Shown: piece after piece, positions 61,280-64,000 of the stretch
Position numbering within the stretch: the stretch's first letter is position 1
How the letters are laid out: every line of letters begins with the position of its first letter
DNA from: Cyanophyceae cyanobacterium
Lineage (GTDB): Bacteria > Cyanobacteriota > Cyanobacteriia > Cyanobacteriales > Laspinemataceae
Length of the DNA: 64,000 nt
Assembly: GCA_038321985.1 (NCBI GenBank)
Contig: JBBQFN010000005.1
Span: forward strand, 96,001 to 160,000
Reading direction: 5' to 3'
The notes under the pieces: model-generated
Told to the model about the DNA's origin: nothing
The model's database searches: none
The model's input: the letters and a program-made list of their open reading frames with translations, nothing else
Program-made: the position numbers and the translations under genes

Positions 61280-62233
61280 CTACTTTTTGGGAGTAGCTTC
61301 GCCAAAGCGGATTAAACCGGCGATCGCCAAACTCACCGCTAAAATTAATACCATACTCAGGGCTGAACCAAATCCCCAGTCTCGCGCTACTCCCAGGAAT
61401 TGATCATAAATTAACCGGGAAACGGTCATACTAGAAGCACCCCCGAGTAATTCCGGGTCTACAAAATCCCCTAAACCACTGATAAACACCAGCAAAGAAC
61501 CGGCAGCAATTCCGGGCAAAGTTTGAGGGACTGTCACTTTCCAAAAGACTTCAATAGGATTTGCCCCTAAATCCGCAGCAGCTTCTAACAAGCGTTTATC
61601 CAACTTCTCTAAAGATGCATAGAGAATTAAAACCATGTAGGGAAGAAAACTGTAACTCATCCCAATCAGCACCGCAGAACTTTGATGCAGTAAATCTAGG
61701 GGAGGAATACCCACAACCCCAAGCACTGAGTTGAGAACACCACTGGGACGGAGGATTGTTTTCCAGGCGTAGGAACGGAGTAGAGATGAGGTCCATAGGG
61801 GTAAAACGAAGGCGAGTAAGAGCAAATTTCGCCAGCGTTTGGGAGTATCAACCGCTAACCAATAGGCAACGGGAAATCCCAATAATAGACAGATAGCGGT
61901 GGTGCCTGTCGCAAAAAAGAGCGATCGCCCGATGGTTTGCAAAAATACCGGATCAAAGTCAGAAAAGCGGCAATTTTCAAATCCTAAGACGAGACAGAAG
62001 TTATCGAGTCCCGCCGGAATGACGCGATCGCCGGGTTGAATTCCCGGCACTAAACTCAGTTGAAAAATCACCACCGTCGGCAGGACTAACAACAGGAATA
62101 ACCAGACCCCGGCAGGACCGAGTAAAGCCAGGGGTCCCAGCCACCCCGGTAGGGTGCGTTTTCCGGTTTTAGGTTCGTTTTTCGGCTTGCTGGGCGATAC
62201 AGTCATGGGAGGAGTCATATTGGGACATACCAA
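61280..62233 (-). CDS. potB: Polyamine ABC transporter permease PotB
   Basis: LPLWTSSLLRSYAW, LPYMVL.LYASLEKLD..LLEAAADLGA, DWGFGSALS. Confidence 0.9.
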   Translation of the reverse strand: MVCPNMTPPMTVSPSKPKNEPKTGKRTLPGWLGPLALLGPAGVWLFLLLVLPTVVIFQLSLVPGIQPGDRVIPAGLDNFCLVLGFENCRFSDFDPVFLQTIGRSLFFATGTTAICLLLGFPVAYWLAVDTPKRWRNLLLLAFVLPLWTSSLLRSYAWKTILRPSGVLNSVLGVVGIPPLDLLHQSSAVLIGMSYSFLPYMVLILYASLEKLDKRLLEAAADLGANPIEVFWKVTVPQTLPGIAAGSLLVFISGLGDFVDPELLGGASSMTVSRLIYDQFLGVARDWGFGSALSMVLILAVSLAIAGLIRFGEATPKK

Positions 62234-62468
62234 AAGTTCGTTCGCGCCGCGTCTCTGGCTAAGAGAATCGCATTCAAGTGAGGATTTTTTTGAATTAATT
62301 TCCCGGGAATCAAGTTAAATTTAAACCCCGATTCAATCAGCTTACTTAATGGGTGACAGGGAAAAATAAAGAGGTAAAGTCAGAAATTTATTTCCAGGGG
62401 ATGAGGAGTTTTTTCAGAGAATCCTGTCACTTGCTATCCCGTTTCCAGGAGTTGGATTCCCTGCCTAT

Positions 62469-63599
62469 TTAAACACTCTTTAACCGGATCCAATACCGAG
62501 CATATTCTTTCTCCTTTTCCGTCCCGAGGGGGAGAATGCCTTCACAACGCTCCAGAACGGACTCTGATGGAAATAACGTAGGATTTTCCTGGAGTTCCTG
62601 GGACAAAAGATTATAAGCGGCTCGATTGGGAGTTGCAAAATAAAGCCGTTCAATTAAAGCCGCTGCCACTTGAGGTTGTAACATAAAATTAATCCATGCA
62701 TAGGCCGCTTGAACGTTAGGTGCACTTCTGGGAATCACCATCGTATCGGTCCATAATGAACTCCCACTGAGGGGGACAACATATTTCAAGTCGGGATTTT
62801 CATCAGAGACAGACAGCGCATCAAAGGAATAACCCATTGCCACTTCTAAATCTCCAGCCAAAATTAAATCCCGCCAGCCATCGGTCGTAAAATTTGCCAA
62901 AGCTGGCTTGAGATTGACCAAGTGATCGTAAGCTGCATGAAGTTTAGCTGAGTCCTTGGCATTGTACGAGTAACCGAGCGATCGCAGCCCTGCACCGATG
63001 ACTTCTCGGACATCGTTCATCAACGTTACCCGTCGAGAGAGGTCGTTTTGATGAGTCCACAAATAGTCCCAATCCTCCGGAGGAGTCGAGAGTTTAGCGC
63101 TATTATAAATCAGTCCAGTTGTTCCCCAGGTAAACGGGACACTGTAGCGATTTTCACGATCATATTCAGGGTCTTGAAACTTATCAAACAGATTCCCCAA
63201 ACCTTCAATCCGCGATCGCTCCAAAGGTTTGAGTAATTGCAGTTGTACCATCCGTCCCACCATATAATCGGAGGGATAGATGATACTGTAAGAAGTCCCA
63301 CCGCCCGCCTGCATCTTAGCCAACATCGCCTCGTTAGAGTCGTAAATATCGACTATAACTCGGATACCCGTTTGCTCCGTAAAACTTCTGAGCAAATCTG
63401 CATCGGTATAGTCAGCCCAGGTGTAGACAAAAAGTTCGTTAGGGGCAGTTGAGCCAACCGCTAAATTCGGAGAATCCTCCTCTATTTCTTCACTTGTTTT
63501 GCCGCCCAGAGTCCAGCCGCAACTAGAAAGCGCCAGACCAGAAAGCGCCGCCGCAGACGCCTGTAAAAACTGACGTCGGGTCGGTGTAATGCTGCTCAT
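62469..63599 (-). CDS. potD: Polyamine ABC transporter substrate-binding protein PotD, Tat-type lipoprotein
   Basis: Probable ATG 63599: TRRQFLQ twin-Arg plus LSSC lipobox; YTWADY, YDSNEAM, PSDYMV, PFTWGTTG, WTDTMVIP. Confidence 0.9.
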   Translation of the reverse strand: MSSITPTRRQFLQASAAALSGLALSSCGWTLGGKTSEEIEEDSPNLAVGSTAPNELFVYTWADYTDADLLRSFTEQTGIRVIVDIYDSNEAMLAKMQAGGGTSYSIIYPSDYMVGRMVQLQLLKPLERSRIEGLGNLFDKFQDPEYDRENRYSVPFTWGTTGLIYNSAKLSTPPEDWDYLWTHQNDLSRRVTLMNDVREVIGAGLRSLGYSYNAKDSAKLHAAYDHLVNLKPALANFTTDGWRDLILAGDLEVAMGYSFDALSVSDENPDLKYVVPLSGSSLWTDTMVIPRSAPNVQAAYAWINFMLQPQVAAALIERLYFATPNRAAYNLLSQELQENPTLFPSESVLERCEGILPLGTEKEKEYARYWIRLKSV

Positions 63600-63678
63600 T
63601 CTATATGTTGGAGGTTTCGGGATCCGCACTATTTGTAACAAGGTGGTGTGAGGACTAATATCAGATGAATCAGATAAA

Positions 63679-63999
63679 TCAACAATACCTGACTGAGGTT
63701 TCTAAAGGGAGAGGGTTCCCCGTTTCAGCATCGGTATTTTGGCAGGCGAACATTAATTCAGGGGAGAGCTTTTCATATTCCAGTTCAGAACCGTGACGTT
63801 TGAGCACGTAGCCTCGGAGTTCTTTAATGGGAAGTTGAGTAAGTTCGTCAATTTCGGGCAGAAACGACCGCAGAATTAGGGAAGCAACTGGCTCAGTTTT
63901 GGAGAGCAGCTTGCTAACTAGCAATTCCTTGATTCCCCATTGATAGCCATAGTTGACGCGATCGCCTTGGCGTTTGAGGTCAACCACAAAGGATTCTCC
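63679..63999 (-). CDS. Hypothetical protein, 3' part (frame open to the right edge)
   Basis: No stop between the window edge and 63679; product not recognised. Confidence 0.5.
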   Translation of the reverse strand, partial: GESFVVDLKRQGDRVNYGYQWGIKELLVSKLLSKTEPVASLILRSFLPEIDELTQLPIKELRGYVLKRHGSELEYEKLSPELMFACQNTDAETGNPLPLETSVRYC

Positions 64000-64000
64000 A

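Larger units (their letters stand above)
1931..63966. repeat. HIP1 octamer GCGATCGC dispersed across the window
   Basis: Dozens of copies in coding and intergenic DNA, e.g. 1931, 5940, 16262, 63958. Confidence 0.95.

Noticed and set aside
1..64000. Transposases, integrases, prophage, defence systems, tRNA/rRNA
   Set aside because: No supporting motifs found; HIP1 sites occur throughout, consistent with native chromosome

Overview
Core-genome segment of a cyanobacterium, probably a filamentous Oscillatoriales-type strain (inferred from dense HIP1 octamers GCGATCGC, kaiAB, pxcA, gifA, hli, and CHAT/TPR/pentapeptide proteins). It runs from the kai clock locus (kaiB truncated at the left edge, kaiA, and a divergent CBS-PAS histidine kinase with degenerate receivers) through envelope glycosylation genes, GLYK, ispD, iscA, a cNMP-domain MscS channel, a GH57 branching enzyme, two tandem IF7/gifA genes with an NtcA site, an HLIP missing from the ORF track, yqeK-rsfS-ycf36-asparaginase, pxcA, a WcaF-type acetyltransferase and potDBC. 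I found no transposase, CRISPR array, rRNA or tRNA. Best leads: (1) five envelope proteins built from two recurrent modules I cannot name, an N-terminal 'A(R/K)xGxxxAI' domain and a ~70-aa 'FxxAV...W...W..A...M..VP' helical domain; (2) a secreted protein ending in PVRALW, head-to-head with an L,D-transpeptidase (possible sorting or anchoring pair); (3) the kaiA-linked pseudo-receiver kinase; (4) a Cys-bearing second IF7 paralogue; (5) a GTAG-type REP cluster with compensatory substitutions. All family calls come from motif recognition by eye; no database searches were run.
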